A DNA stretch of 64,000 nucleotides from Anthoceros angustus (taxonomy: Eukaryota; Plantae; Anthocerotophyta), in contig VJWM01000119.1 in assembly GCA_010909165.1 (NCBI GenBank), positions 1 to 64,000 on the forward strand, written 5' to 3'. Of the stretch, positions 50,113-62,475 are shown one piece after another. Below the pieces are notes generated by a model. It was not told the DNA's origin and searched no databases. It worked only from the letters and a program-made list of their open reading frames with translations. Position numbers and translations under genes: made by a program. Numbering within the stretch: the first letter of the stretch is position 1; each line of letters begins with the position of its first letter.

Positions 50113-50209
50113 GTGGTCAATTTACGCCGGCGAAGGGTGGTCAATTTAATCCGGCATCGCATGGTCAGCTTAATCCGGCGCTAGGTGGTCAATTTAACCG
50201 GCGTTTGCA
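50113..50209. repeat. Four 24-bp-period IstA-binding subterminal repeats
   Basis: GTGGTCAATTTAnnCCGGC-like units at 50113, 50137, 50161, 50185. Confidence 0.85.
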
Positions 50210-51118
50210 CCCAAGCCTTCAAATGGGTTTTCGGAGTAGTCGCCGATCAATTCCATTACCACATAAATCCATCCTACGATTGGCAAATGGAATCATCAGC
50301 CAAACGCCAGCTTCACCAAGTTTTGCGAATTCAGCAACTATTCCAAGCGGAAGCAAGAAAATAAAATGCAATTAAATATAAAACTGAGATTGGCGTATTG
50401 ACGCGGTAGTGGAAGCGTTTGATTCGTTCCGCCCGACCTTGATGGTCATAAAAGTTGTTTAAAATCTTATGCATGTCGAGCTGTCGACGCATATGCAGAA
50501 TCCTTTTTCTTCTAAATCGGCAATGTCAAGTGATTGGAGATTAATGATTTGCGCGGCGCTATTTGCAGCTGACTTCCAGCTAGATTCAGAGGAGAAGTAG
50601 CGTTCCTTTTGTTTGTCAGTAAGGTAGTCTTGAAACAGGCCAATCCCGCCTTTTCACGTCGTCGCTTTGCCAAGGCACCATACAGCCCCTTGAGACTGAC
50701 GTGTTCCCACTGGGTGGGGACGAGCAACAGCTGTTCTCGGAGGGTGTAGAGCCAGGCGATGTGGCGGTAGATCAGGCGCTGCTTGATGTGGAGCAGCTCA
50801 TCTTCAGTGAGGTTCGTGTCGTGGTGGTTGCGGACGAAGGACATCACCATCGATCCCCAGGCACGGCTGCTGTTGACGATGGCACCCCAGATTTTGCGGG
50901 CTTCCCAGATGCGGTCGTAAGCCTGGTTGTTTTTGAAACCGATGTAGAAGGCGAGGCCGTACCGATCAAGGAGACGGGCAACCAGGGAATCGAGATCCAG
51001 TGCCAGCCGGCTTCTTTGTAGAAACACCGACACGATAAACATGTGCCCGATAAGCCACCAGAGGTGATGGCCTGAAAACCGGAATATGCCGGCCAGCGTA
51101 AGGTTTTCTGACGATCAT
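50210..51118 (-). pseudogene. Bestrophin-family (YneE-like) channel, 3'-truncated by IS21
   Basis: AFYIGFKNNQAYDRIWEARKIWGAIVNSSR; ends ELIGDYSENPFEGLG at IS boundary with no stop. Confidence 0.85.
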
Positions 51119-51149
51119 AGTGTCTGTGCTAAATGTACAGACCACCCGT

Positions 51150-52141
51150 CAAAGCCTTTTCCGTATTTCTACCAGTGCAGTTTAGCCAGCCGCCCATTTC
51201 CGCCGCCAGGTACACCGCCTTGCCGCGCCTGGCGCGCTGCACCACATGATAACCCATTTTGCTGATATTTTCCAGGTACGCCCGCCGTCGGAACTCACGT
51301 CAACGCCAGAAGTACCGCAGGCCACCCATTTCCGTTTGGTGATGGCCGTAACGCCCGAGCGATAGCCGGACGTGGGTAGGGGGCCGACCAGGTGCGGCCA
51401 TGGTCATCGCTGATCAGGATGTGTTTGTTGGTTTCGGTATCGTGCATGAAGTCGCCGCCAACGATGATCCAGCGGTTGCCGCAAACAGCCAGCGAATTGG
51501 CACCGGTACTGGTGCCGCCCTGCACCAGATCGAGCGGCAGCATTTCGGAACCATTCCAAACCCGGGCGCGACGGCCACCGGTGGCGAAGGCGAAACGGCC
51601 TTTTTCAGCATCACGATATTGGTGCCGCTGCTGGCGAAACAGGCTTCGCCACTGTCGGGGCGGCGATTTCGGTAGGGCGGATGCGCGACCACGAAATCCC
51701 GGCATTGGCCGTGGCGACCAGGTAAAACTGCCGTCGATCGGATCGCCAATGGCCACACCATTGTTTTGCGGAGCCATGGCATCGATGAAAACGCCGCTGG
51801 TATTGTCGCGGTAGCCTTCCTGCCAGGTCGCTCCGCCATCATAAGTGCGCAATATCACGCCGGGCGAATCGATCGCCATGATTACCGCTGTCACTGCATC
51901 GAATGCTTCAATGTCGCGGAAATCGCGGTTCTCGTATCCTTTACCGGTATCCATTGAATGGTTTTACCGCCGTCGGTGCTGCGGCCCACGGTACCCTTGC
52001 TGCCACTAACCCAGAACAGGCGATGGTTCACTACGCTCAATCCACGGAAACTCACGCCCGGTCGGGAGGGAATGCTGTCGAGTTGCTGGGTAAATCCAGT
52101 ATTAACCAACAGGCGTAAACGAAGAAGAGAATTTTCCGCAT
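51150..52141 (-). CDS. YCF48/BNR-repeat beta-propeller protein
   Basis: SFRGLSVV, RSTDGGKT, DFRDIEAFD, RTYDGGATW, ISDDHGRTW Asp-box repeats. Confidence 0.85.
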
Positions 52142-52218
52142 GGATGAATCAGCAGGTGGATGAATCAATTGTTGTTGAAATGGTAAGCGGTTAAATCAAT
52201 CGTGTTGGAACCACTACC

Positions 52219-53136
52219 TCAATGCCTCAAATGGGAGAGGGCCGTGGTCACCCGCGCAAACGTCTCTTCATTACTCAGCTTCTCCGGCACAAAAGCCGAC
52301 CCCGTCACCTGCTCGTACAGTTCAATATATCTTTACTGATGGTATCGATCCACTCCGGGTCATCACCGGTACTTTCTGTCCTTCCTTGCCCATAAAATCA
52401 TTCGCGATCAACCATTCGCGCACAAACTCCTTGCTCAACTGTTTTGTTTTTCACCTGCAGCCTGCCGCGCATCAAAACCATCCGCATAAAAATACCGCGA
52501 AGAATCAGGGCGTATGAATCTCATCCATCAAATAAATCGTATCCCCAATTTTGCCGAACTCGTATTTCGTATCAACAAGAATTAACCCGTGTTGGAAGCA
52601 ATCTCTCTACCCCGCGCAAATAGTTTCAAAGCATACTGTTCCAGTTGCAACCATTCTTCCGCGTACACAATCCCGCGGCGAGAATACCTTCCACCGAAAT
52701 GTCTTCATCGTGCCCCTCCGACGCCTTGGTGGTCGGCGTAATGATCGGATGGGGAAGTAGTCGTTCTCGCGCAATCCCTCGGAAGCGTTACCCGCAAAGC
52801 GTACGCAATCCGCTGCTGTAGGTTCTCCAGGCATGGCCGGTCAGGTTGCCACGTACGACCATCTCTATCTTGAACGGAATACATTTTGCCGATCGACACA
52901 TTCGGCGCGGGCACCGGCAACAACCAATTCGGACAGATATCCACCGTTTGTCCCAGCATAAACGCCGCAATCTGGTTCAATACCTGTCCTTGAACGGAAT
53001 CGGCGACGGCAAGATCACATCAAACGCAGAAATGCGGTCGGAAGCGACCATAACCAACATATCGTTTTTAATGGTATAAACATCGCGGACTTTACCCCGG
53101 TAAAAGCCGTCTGATCGGAAATTGAAAATTGGCCAT
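52219..53136 (-). CDS. purC: Phosphoribosylaminoimidazolesuccinocarboxamide synthase
   Basis: [66 protein letters not shown]. Confidence 0.93.
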
Positions 53137-53193
53137 GCGGCGAAGGTAAGCGAAAGAAATCCTTATTTTGCCCTGAAACTAAAACCCACGGGT

Positions 53194-55822
53194 ATGAAAA
53201 ACCTGCATGCCTTGCTGGTACGCTGCTGGCCTGTTTCGTTTCGATTGCTGCCTTTGCCCAAACCATTACCGTTTCCGGTAAGGTGATCAACAGCGCAACG
53301 AACGATGCAGTACCAGCTGTAAGCGTCACCATTAAAGGATCCGAATCCGGCACATTCACCGACGAAAAGGAAACTTCAAGTTAAACACCGCTTCCAAACC
53401 TCCCTTCATTCTTGTTTTTCAGTTCCATTGGCTTCGACAACCAGGAAGTCAATGTCTCGATCCTTCCGCTTCCATCAGCATCAACCTCGTACCTCCGCCG
53501 TTCTCGGTACCGAAGTAGTCGTTTCCGCCAGCCGCGTGCCGGAACGCATCCTCGAATCGCCCGTATCCATCGAACGCGTCAACGCCAATGCCATCAAAGT
53601 ATCTCCCGCCGCCACCTATTACGACATGGTCGGCTCGCTCAGGGTAGACGTCGTAACCTCCTCGCTCACCTTCAAAACGCCCACCACCGCGGGTTCGCGG
53701 GCAGCGGCAACACCGCTTCAACCAACTGGTCGACGGATGGACAACCAGGCCCCGGCCTCAACTTCTCGGTAGGTACCATCATCGGCCTCAGCGAACTCGA
53801 TGTCGACAACATGGAACTGTTGCCCGGTGCCTCCTCCGCGCTCTACGGCCCGGCGGCATGAACGGTACCCTGCTCGTCAACAGCAAGAACCCGTTCAAAT
53901 ACACCGGCCTGTCCTTCCAGCTCAAAGAAGGCATCATGAATACGGATAGCCGTTACCGTGATGTTTCCGGTTACCACAACTGGGCCGTTCGCTGGGCAGA
54001 AAACATCAACGACAAATTCGCCTACAAGATCAACGCCGAACTCGTGCGAAGCCAAAGACTGGCTCGCAGCCGACAAACAACTACGCCAACCGCCCCTCGG
54101 CCGCGCAACATCACGCCCGGCACCCGCGAACAGGATCCGAACTACGATGGCGTAAACGTATACGGTGGTGATGAGACTACGGTTAACTCACTTCGGCCGT
54201 CTTCCCTCCATCGCCGCCGCGCACCTTTCCTCGCGCCCTATATCGCCGGCTTCCGGCAACCGCCCCATCAACGTATCGCGCGCACGGGCTACGACGAAAA
54301 GACATCATCGACCCCACGCTCAACTTCAAAATCGGCGGTGCGCTCCACCCGCTTTACCGACCGCCTCGAAGCCGTACTCGCCGGCAACTGGGGCAACTCG
54401 GTATACACCGGCTCCGACCGCTACTCGCTGAAGACTTCAAAATGGGCGGTACAAGAGCTGGAACTGAACAGCAGGAACTGGTTTGTGAGGGGTATACCAC
54501 CCAGGAAAACGCAGGACAATCATTCGCCACCGTCACCACCAATACACCAACGAAGCCTGAAAGCCTCTACCGTTTGGTATCCGAATACGCACAGACCTTT
54601 CTCGGTGCCCTGCTCGCCGGTGCCGACGAAGCCACCACACGCCCAGGCCCGCGCCTTCGCCGACCGCGACCGTCCGCAGCCAATTCGCCCCGAATTCAAA
54701 GACAATTTCAACCGCGTGCTAGGCCCCATCTCGCAGGGTGGTGGTCTCTTCATCGAGAAATCGGACCCTACCAGCTCGAAGGCCAGTAACCTGAGCGATT
54801 ATGCCAGCAAATTCGCCGACATCCTCGTGGCGCCAACTACAAAACCTATGTGCTGAACTCGGAAGGAACCTGATTCGGCCGGCCGCATCAAGATCCGCCG
54901 GAAATCGGTGCAGGCCACGCGCCGCCTGTTCCGGATAAACTGAAACTGACTTTCTCCGGCCGCTAAAGAACAACAACTTTGAAGGCCGCTTCACCACGCG
55001 CTACCGCCGTGGTGACCGAACGAAAAACAACAATATCCGACTGAGCTACCAAACGGCTTACCGTTTCCCTCCACGCAGCAACAGTACATCGACCTCACCA
55101 TCGGTGGCGGCAACTGATGCAGGGGTAACAAGAGCTTCCAGCAATACTACGGGTTCGACAAAACGCGCCTACGAAGTGACCAGTCCGGCACACCCTACCA
55201 GTTCAGACTTTCAAGCCTGGTCGGTAAGCTCTTACGAACTGGGTTACAAAACCTCCTGGCCAATGGCAAACTGATGGTGGATGCCTATGGCTACTACGGC
55301 AAATACCAACTTCATTGCGCGAACCTGATCGCCCAACCGGCCGCCTCAGGTGCGCACCGTCCACGGGCGACCGCCGCCGGTTCCCATCAATATCGCCGAC
55401 GATGTGGTGACCTACGGTTTTGGCCTCGGCGACTACCGCATCTACCAGGCCCTGACCTGAGCAGCAACTTCTCCAGCGATCGCCTCGATAAAAGTACCGC
55501 CAACTACACCGCGTTTTTCAACGCCCCAAATACCGCGTGAACGTGTCGCTCACCAACTCGGGTTTCAGTAAAGAAAACGCGCGGGCTTCAAGATTATACG
55601 CTGGCGGGATGCCTTCTACTACGAAGGCGATTTCGCCAACGGCGGCGACGTGAATTCGATCAGACCCTCGACGCACAGATCAGTTATAAAGTGGGCGCCA
55701 CCCGCCGCTCGGTCATTAAACTCGGCGGAAACAACATCCTCAACCAGTACTATTTCAACGCGGTGGGGAACAGTTTTGTCGGCGGGCTCTATTATGTGTC
55801 TTTTGGTTATAACATCTTCTAA
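53194..55822 (+). CDS. TonB-dependent receptor (non-SusC type)
   Basis: TVSGKV N-terminal domain, EVVVSASRVPERILESPVSIE plug, PGASSALYG, terminal YVSFGYNIF*. Confidence 0.88.
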
Positions 55823-55832
55823 AACAGGTTGT

Positions 55833-56815
55833 ATGTACCGTCATATAACGACCATCACCAAACGCTTTGCCCTGGCAGCCCTGCTGGGCCAGCTGACCTG
55901 TAACAAGATTCCCGAAGTGGAAGAGCTCAAAAACACCGAAGGTGAATCCATTGCCGACATCATCAATGCCGACGCCAATTACTCGGTGCTAAAAGCCGGC
56001 CTCACCCGCCAGCATCATGCCTGCTCGCCAACAAAAACAGCCAGCTGACCCTGTTCGCCCACAGTACGGCTTTTGCGCTGGTGGCATCAACGAAACCGTC
56101 ATCGGTGCGCTGCCCGCGCAATTGGCGCCGCTGCAATACCATATGGTGCCCCAGGCCGTGCCAGCTCGGCCTGCCTGCCACCATGGCCAGCCCGCCCACG
56201 TTACTGCAACCCCACCAGCGGCCGCTGTTCAAGCTCAGTACATTTCCGGCCAAAACACTGGGCGCTTTCGTGAACAATATCGCTCAAAGCGGTCGATCGC
56301 GAAGCGGCTAACGGGTCATCCACACGCCGTTTGCAGTTACCCGCCATCGCAGCTGATGCGTTCGCTCATCTACTGATCGAACTCCACCCTGTTTGAGCGG
56401 CGGTAAAACGCGCTTCGAAGGCAGACCGGGCTCACCCTCGATTCCCTGCTGAACTATGCCTTCGAACCTCACCGTTTTCGCGCCGACCGACGTGGCAATG
56501 GGAGCGCGGTCTCGGCCTGCCTGCCGACCCGGCTGTTTTGCCATGCTCCCCGTGCAAACGGTACAGGGCCTGGTGGCCTACCACCATTTGGGCGCAACCC
56601 GCCCGTTCAGCGCCTGTTCACGGTCAATTTCCAATCGGCCACCTACGAAACCATGTACTGGGACCATCGCCCTTCCCGGCGTACAGATCGATATGACCAA
56701 CCTTGGCACCCACGGTAAAGGCGCGAGTCAATCCGGCCTCCAATCATGGCCAATGCCCATGCCGTCAACGGCGTGCTGCACAAGATCGACCAGGTCATGC
56801 TGCACAACCTTTTAA
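55833..56815 (+). CDS. Fasciclin (FAS1) domain lipoprotein
   Basis: LTCNK lipobox-like; LTLFAP, LQYHMVP, NLTVFAPTD, NGVLHKIDQVML. Confidence 0.8.
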
Positions 56816-56834
56816 GTCACGCTATTGTCTATTC

Positions 56835-56858
56835 AAAGCCTCCGCAAGGGGCTTTTAT
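56835..56858 (+). terminator. Rho-independent terminator
   Basis: AAAGCCTC-CGCAA-GGGGCTTTTATT. Confidence 0.7.
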
Positions 56859-56916
56859 TCCATACAGATGGTTAGCTTTGTAGACAAGTCATTTCTGTAC
56901 ACGTAATTTGCTTGGA

Positions 56917-57367
56917 ATGAAAACAGTACATGATATTCTAGCGCACAATCTTTCCAGAACAACGTGATCGATGCCGATAAAAATCATCGATGCACTTGCC
57001 CTCAAGGCCGTCAACCTCAGCTATATGGTGGTGAGGTGGAAGACAAGGGAAATCAAAGGCATATTCAGCGAGCGTGATTATGCGCGGAAAGTGGTGCTCG
57101 AAGGCCGTTCCAGCAACGATCAAAATACGCGAAGTGATGTCGGAAGACCTTCCGGTGGTTTCGCCGCGAGTTCGGTAGAACACTGCATGAACCTGCTGGC
57201 GAATGCGGGTCGCCGTTACATCATCGTCAAAGACAATGGCGTGTACAAGGCGTCATCACCATCCACGACCTGCTGCGCGAGATCCTGCTCAACCGCGGTG
57301 GTGTGTTCGACGACAGGTAACGGGCACGCTCATCGACATCAACGAGCACGCCTCGAAAGTGTATTAA
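56917..57367 (+). CDS. CBS domain-containing protein
   Basis: MKTVHDIL, GIFSERDYARKVVLEGRSS, GVITIHDLL. Confidence 0.85.
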
Positions 57368-57369
57368 GT

Positions 57370-58435
57370 TTATGCGTTGAAACGGAAGTGCATCACATCG
57401 CCATCCTTGACGATGCTTGCCTTCTATGCGCAGTTTGGCATCGCGGCAAGCCGATTCAGAACCATGTGCGCATAATCGTTGAAGGCGATCACTTCGGCCT
57501 TGATAGATCCTTTCTCAGAAATCGGTGTGGATCACGCTGGCCGCCTCGGGGCTTTCCAGCCTTCGTGGATGGTCAGGCCCGCACTTCCCGGCAGCGGTGA
57601 AATAGGTTTGCAACTGCAGCAGGGCATAAGTGGCGCGGATGAGTTTGTTCAGCGCCGGCTCTTTCATCTTGTATTCGTCCATGAACATGGCCTTGTCGTC
57701 GGCGTCTTCCAGCTCGGCGATCTGCTGTTCAATGCTGTTGTTCATCACGATCACCTGCGCGTTTCAGCAGCCACGGCGGCTTTCAGTGCTTCGGAAAATT
57801 TGTTGCCGGTATGCATGCTCGGCTCGTCGACATTCGCCACGTAGAGCATGGTTTTCGGTCAGCAAAAACAGGTCGGCAATCGCTACGCGGTCTTCCTTCG
57901 ACAGTCCCAGCTCGCGCACGTTCTTGCCGCTTTCCAGGTGCGCATTCACTTTTCAATACTTCCAGCTCCGCTTTCAGTTTAGCATCGCAGTTGGCGAGCT
58001 TCTCCAGTGCGCTGGTTTCTTCTCCACGCTGTCGAGGTCTTTCAGCTGCAGTTCGGTATCGATGATGTCTTTATCGGCGACAGGATTGATGGGCCTTCTT
58101 CACGCAGAATATTCTCGTCTTCGAAACAGCGGATCACGTGCACGATGGCATCCGCCGCGGATATTCGCCAAAACTTGTTGCCCAATCCTTCGCCCTTGCT
58201 CGCGCCCTTTACCAGTCCGCGATGTCGACAATCTCGATCTGCGTGGGCACGGTACAGTTCGGCTTCACCAGTTCGGCCAACTTGGCGATGCGCTCATCAG
58301 GTACATCCACCAGGCCCACATTGGGCTCAATGGTGCAAGCGATAATTGCTGGCCTGTGCTTTGGCGCTGATACTCACTGCATTGAAAAGGTGGATTTGCC
58401 CACATGGGAGACCCACGATGCCTGTGTAATCCCAT
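57370..58435 (-). CDS. ychF: Redox-regulated ATPase YchF
   Basis: [52 protein letters not shown]. Confidence 0.95.
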
Positions 58436-58473
58436 CAGTGAATTCGTTTACGTTCTTAAGCGGTTTCAGGCCG

Positions 58474-58481
58474 CAAAGATA
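58474..58481 (-). promoter_or_regulatory. -7 promoter element TATCTTTG for ychF
   Basis: Exact TAnnTTTG on minus strand ~38 nt before ATG. Confidence 0.6.
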
Positions 58482-58520
58482 CAACCAGTTTCACTATTTT
58501 CACCCATCTCCTTAACACAC

Positions 58521-59714
58521 ATGGCCCTCAATTTTGTCTGGATCGCCTTTTTCGTAGTAGCCTTCGTATTCGGACTCTTCAAACTGGTTGTTCTCGCGAT
58601 ATGGAAATCTTCAAAAAGCTGGTCGACGGTACCTTCGACGCTGCCAAATCGACGGTGATCGATGTGGCGCTGCCGCTGACGGGGACCATGGTTTTCCTGG
58701 GACTACTCAACATTGCGGAAGCGGGTGCCGTCGTTTCCTGGCCCGCAAGCTGAACCCGCTGATGCGCCGCATCTTCCCGGAAGTGCCCGACCAGCACCCG
58801 CAGCCATCGGGCAGATGGTGATGAATTTTCAGCCAACCTCCTGGGGCTCGACAATGCCGCCACGCCTTTAGCTGGAAAGCCTGCCAGACCTCAACGAAAA
58901 CGGCCACCAACGCGCAGATCATGTTTCTGGTGCTGCACACGTCGGCTCACCATCATTCCGCTCACCATCATCGCTCACCGCATTTCCAATAACAGCGCCG
59001 AACCGGCGTCGATATTCATTCCCTGTGCTGGGTACGATGGTCACCACCCTGGCTTCGGTGATCATCGTCAGCTTTCAAAAAAATCAAGTGGGATGGCGTG
59101 CTGTTTGCCTGGATCGGATCAGCCAGCGGCGGTTTGCCTCTTGCTTTTTCTCGTCAACGGCATGACGCCTGAAGCGAAGAAACCTTTTCAAAAAGTGGCG
59201 GGAAACATGTTGCTGTTGTGATCATCATCAGCTTCATCATCGGCGGACTCCTCAAAAAGTGAACGTGTTTGATGCATTCATCGAAGGCGCGAAGAAGGTT
59301 CCCGTGGTGATCAAGATCATTCCTACCTCGTGGGCATGCTGGTGGGCATCCGCGTTTTCGCGAAAGCGGCGCTCGATTACGTGATCAAAGGATTGGGCTG
59401 GGGCATCGCGAAGCTGGGACTGCCCACCGATTTCGTACCGGCGCTGCCCGTCCATCGCAAAACCCTTCAGCGGCAGCGGGCATGATGCTGGATGTTCGCC
59501 AACCGGCTTATGGTCCCGATTCTTTTGTGGGAAAAACAGCCTCCATTTTCCAGGGCTCTGCGGATACCATTTCTACATCATTGCGCTGTATTTTGGTAGT
59601 GTAGGCATCAAAAAGTACGTTACTCCATCTGGGCGGGCATGATGGCCGATTTCATCAGGGTCATTGCCGCCATCATCATTGCGTACAGCTTTTCCGTTGC
59701 TTCTTCGGCAGTAA
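58521..59714 (+). CDS. Nucleoside-recognition (Gate) domain / fused SpmA-SpmB membrane protein
   Basis: MALNFVWIAFF, NFSANLLGLDNAATP, NAQIMFLVLH, FDAFIEGAK, KPFSGSG, QGSADT, YFGSVGIK. Confidence 0.88.
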
Positions 59715-60830
59715 TTTCCGGCTTGCTTGTTCCGGTAAAGTACAATATCACCAGGCCCAAAACCACCGACAACAAAGCCGCCACCAGAATGGCGATCTTC
59801 GACATGTTCTGCCAGACCAGTTCATCAAATGCCAGTAGCGTGATGAAGATCGACATAAACCCGATGCCTGCCAGTGGCCATGCCGAGCAGTGACAGCCAC
59901 GATGCGCCCCTGGGTTTTGCACCCCAGCCGAGTTTCACCACCAGCCAAGAGAAAGGTTATGCCCAACGGCTTCCCGATCACCAGTCCGGGCAACGCTGAG
60001 TGTATGTGTAAACCATCTACCAATTGTCCGGAATAATGATCGCCGTATTCGCCAGCGCAAAATGGGCAGGATAATAAAATTGACGGGATATCGTGCAGTG
60101 GATCCAGTGTTCCAGTTTTCGGTCGGCACCGCCAGCCAACAGCAACACCCGCAATGGTAGCATGAATGCGAGTTCAGGATCAGCAACCACAGCAACAGCC
60201 CGAGCGGTGCGAGCGTCCAGAAAGAAAACCGCCAGCGCGACACGGTAACAGCAACCCGTAAACGCCGAGCGCCGACGGTAAAAGCCGAAATGAATATTGC
60301 CGCCGTGAAAGGCAATCACCAGAATGGCGCCCAGGTCGTCAATGATGGCGAGTGCCATCAGGAATATCTTTTAACGACACGGGAACGCGACTGCCCAGCA
60401 GCGTGACGATACCCCAGCGAAAAGGCGATATCCGTTGCCATGGGTATGCCCCAGCCATGCTGGTATTCGGTGCCTTTACAATAATGATGAAGATAAGCGC
60501 CGGCACCAGCATGCCGCCCATTGCACCGGTGGCGTCAGGCTGGCGTCTTCCACGAACTCAGCTCACCATTCAGCAACTGTTTTTGTTCCATGCCCACCAA
60601 AAGAAGAACGCCGCCATAAGACCATCGTTGATCCATTCCATCGCGTCTTTCGGCGGGTGGATGGCCGATACCTGGAGAAGGCTTTTCGAGTAACTCGTGG
60701 AACGAATGGCCCAGGCCGAATTGGCGATCAGCAGCGATACCACCGTACGGCGAGTAAAACAATGCCAACGGCCCTGCTGTCCTGGATAGATTCATTGATG
60801 GTGCTGATGATTTTTGATCGGTCGCTTCAT
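59680..60830 (-). CDS. nhaA: Na+/H+ antiporter NhaA
   Basis: WINDGLMA, GGMLVPALI, PMATDIAF, ALAIIDDLGAILVIA, GKPLGI, LAGIGFMSIFI; 3' end approximate. Confidence 0.92.
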
Positions 60831-62475
60831 TACTGGTCTGTTTCGGGGTCTTCAAAGAGCTCAAATTTACTCTTTGGACGCCGCATCTCCAACCATTTAA
60901 ATCCGCGTATCCGCATTTCCTCGTGATTGACCTGCCGGAACGGCTCATCTTGCCCTGCACCTCGCTGCGGAACACCACGCGACGCAGTCCTCGCTGTTGA
61001 AATACATATCAATATATCGGCACTGGCCCTGTTCACGCCGGTATACGCGCTGTCTTCGTCCTGCGCATAATACACGCTCTCCGACGACCCGCGGGCCCGC
61101 ATATGGTCCATGCGCCCGTCCACGAAAAAGCCATTGATGGTATTGCCCTTGATCTGGTTGAAGAAACCGTCTTCGTGCGGTTCACCACCAGCCCGTTTTC
61201 AAACACGTGGATACGCGGGGTTGTTTGTTGGCCGTGAACAAATACAGCGTATCGCCCGTGATCTGGCTGTGGTTGCCCCAGGCAATGGGATCCTTGTACA
61301 TCCGGAAAACCGAATCCACCCCGAATAAAACAAACTGTCGCATACCGCCTGCAGCGAATCATTGAAAATGCGCACATGGTGATAAGCCAAAATACCTGTT
61401 GCGGTTGGTGGTATCCGACGGATCCAGCACCACGGTTTGTAGGCGATGTCGTTGCGCAAAGGTGGTATCGCGGTTGGTAGAGTCGGCTTTGAGGAAGGTT
61501 CTTTCATAGCCGATCATGTCCGACAACCGCGCCGAATACAAGGTATCGGCCGTGATGAAGGTGGAATCCTTTTTCTGCTTGATGATCATCAGCGGCCTTT
61601 GCGTGGCCAGCATCGTGTTTTTCTTGCGGTCGGCCTGCAGGTCGTTCGCCAGGATCGACAGTCCCTGGGCGGTGTCGCGGAAAACCGCGTTGCCCCGTGC
61701 ATAACTCATGCCCGTGCTGTCGTCGAACGACACTTCATCGCCCGTAATAAAGGTGTTGCCGTCCCTGATCTGCGGGCGTTTACCGAAATTGGCCTGCTTC
61801 AGTTTCATGTCGTAGAAACCTTCGCTGGTGGTAATGGTGCGTCGCCCCGAATCGGATTTGATCAGGGTCTGTGTAATGAACGTGACTTTCTGCGTTTCCG
61901 TATTGTACAACAGCGAATCGGTATCTACATCGGTTTGCGGATCGCGCATCACCTGGTCCTTGAAATACACGTCTTTCATGTCGCCATAATGGGTGGCCTG
62001 CTTGCTGGTGAGTACGGTTTTGCCACTGACCACTTTTCCCCGTTGGTATAGATGCCGATTTTGGTATCGGTATCGTATTCGAGTTCGTTGGTGGTAAGGG
62101 TTCCTTGCCGTCAGTCAGCTTCACGTCTTTGTCAGGTAGCTTTCTTGGTATCGGAATAATAGATCAGGTACTGCGAATAGGTATGGATGCTGTCGGCATC
62201 GTTGATGTGCACATGAAACGCTTCCACCACGCCGGTTTTCTGGTTGATCACGGCGCTGTCGCATAGAATTTGGTATTGTTCTGTTGCAGGAAACATTGCC
62301 CCGCATTTCCGTTACCGAATCCTTGCGCTGGTAACGCAACCGATCAGAATGTTTGATGATGACGATATCGGTGGTATCAGCACCCGGGCGAAGGGTAACC
62401 TGCTGGGCAAACGGCTGCCGCCAGCAGCAACAGCGCCAGGATACAGCAGGAGAGCAGGCGAGATATGCAGATCAT
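60830..62475 (-). CDS. OstA-like (LptA/LptD_N) protein
   Basis: Bacteroidota OstA-like motifs VHINDADS, DTDSLLYNT, ITADTLYS, LQAVCDSLFYS, ESVYYAQDED, RGFKWL. Confidence 0.75.

Larger units (their letters stand above)
47567..50209 (-). mobile_element. IS21-family insertion sequence
   Basis: TG..CA ends; IRs TGCGAGTGCCGATCAAATTGACCAC / TGCAAACGCCGGTTAAATTGACCAC; istA+istB; no target duplication. Confidence 0.93.
35745..50640. mobile_element. AT-rich genomic (defence) island, probably immobilised
   Basis: Sharp GC drop after tRNA-Leu (sampled lines ~32-42% vs ~55-65% in flanks), tRNA fragment at left edge, RM/helicase cargo, integrase stump and IS21 at right; right boundary approximate. Confidence 0.8.

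Noticed and set aside
50113-50209. Regularly spaced repeats resembling a mini CRISPR array
   Set aside because: 24-bp period with only ~4-nt spacers, inverted copies at 47567-47616 and no cas genes: these are IS21 terminal repeats.
47440-51200. Right-hand direct repeat of tRNA-Leu or tRNA-Phe 3' end
   Set aside because: No convincing copy found by eye; probably deleted.
59620-59714. Long convergent 3' overlap of nhaA and the SpmAB-like gene
   Set aside because: True stop codons cannot be fixed given the indel rate.
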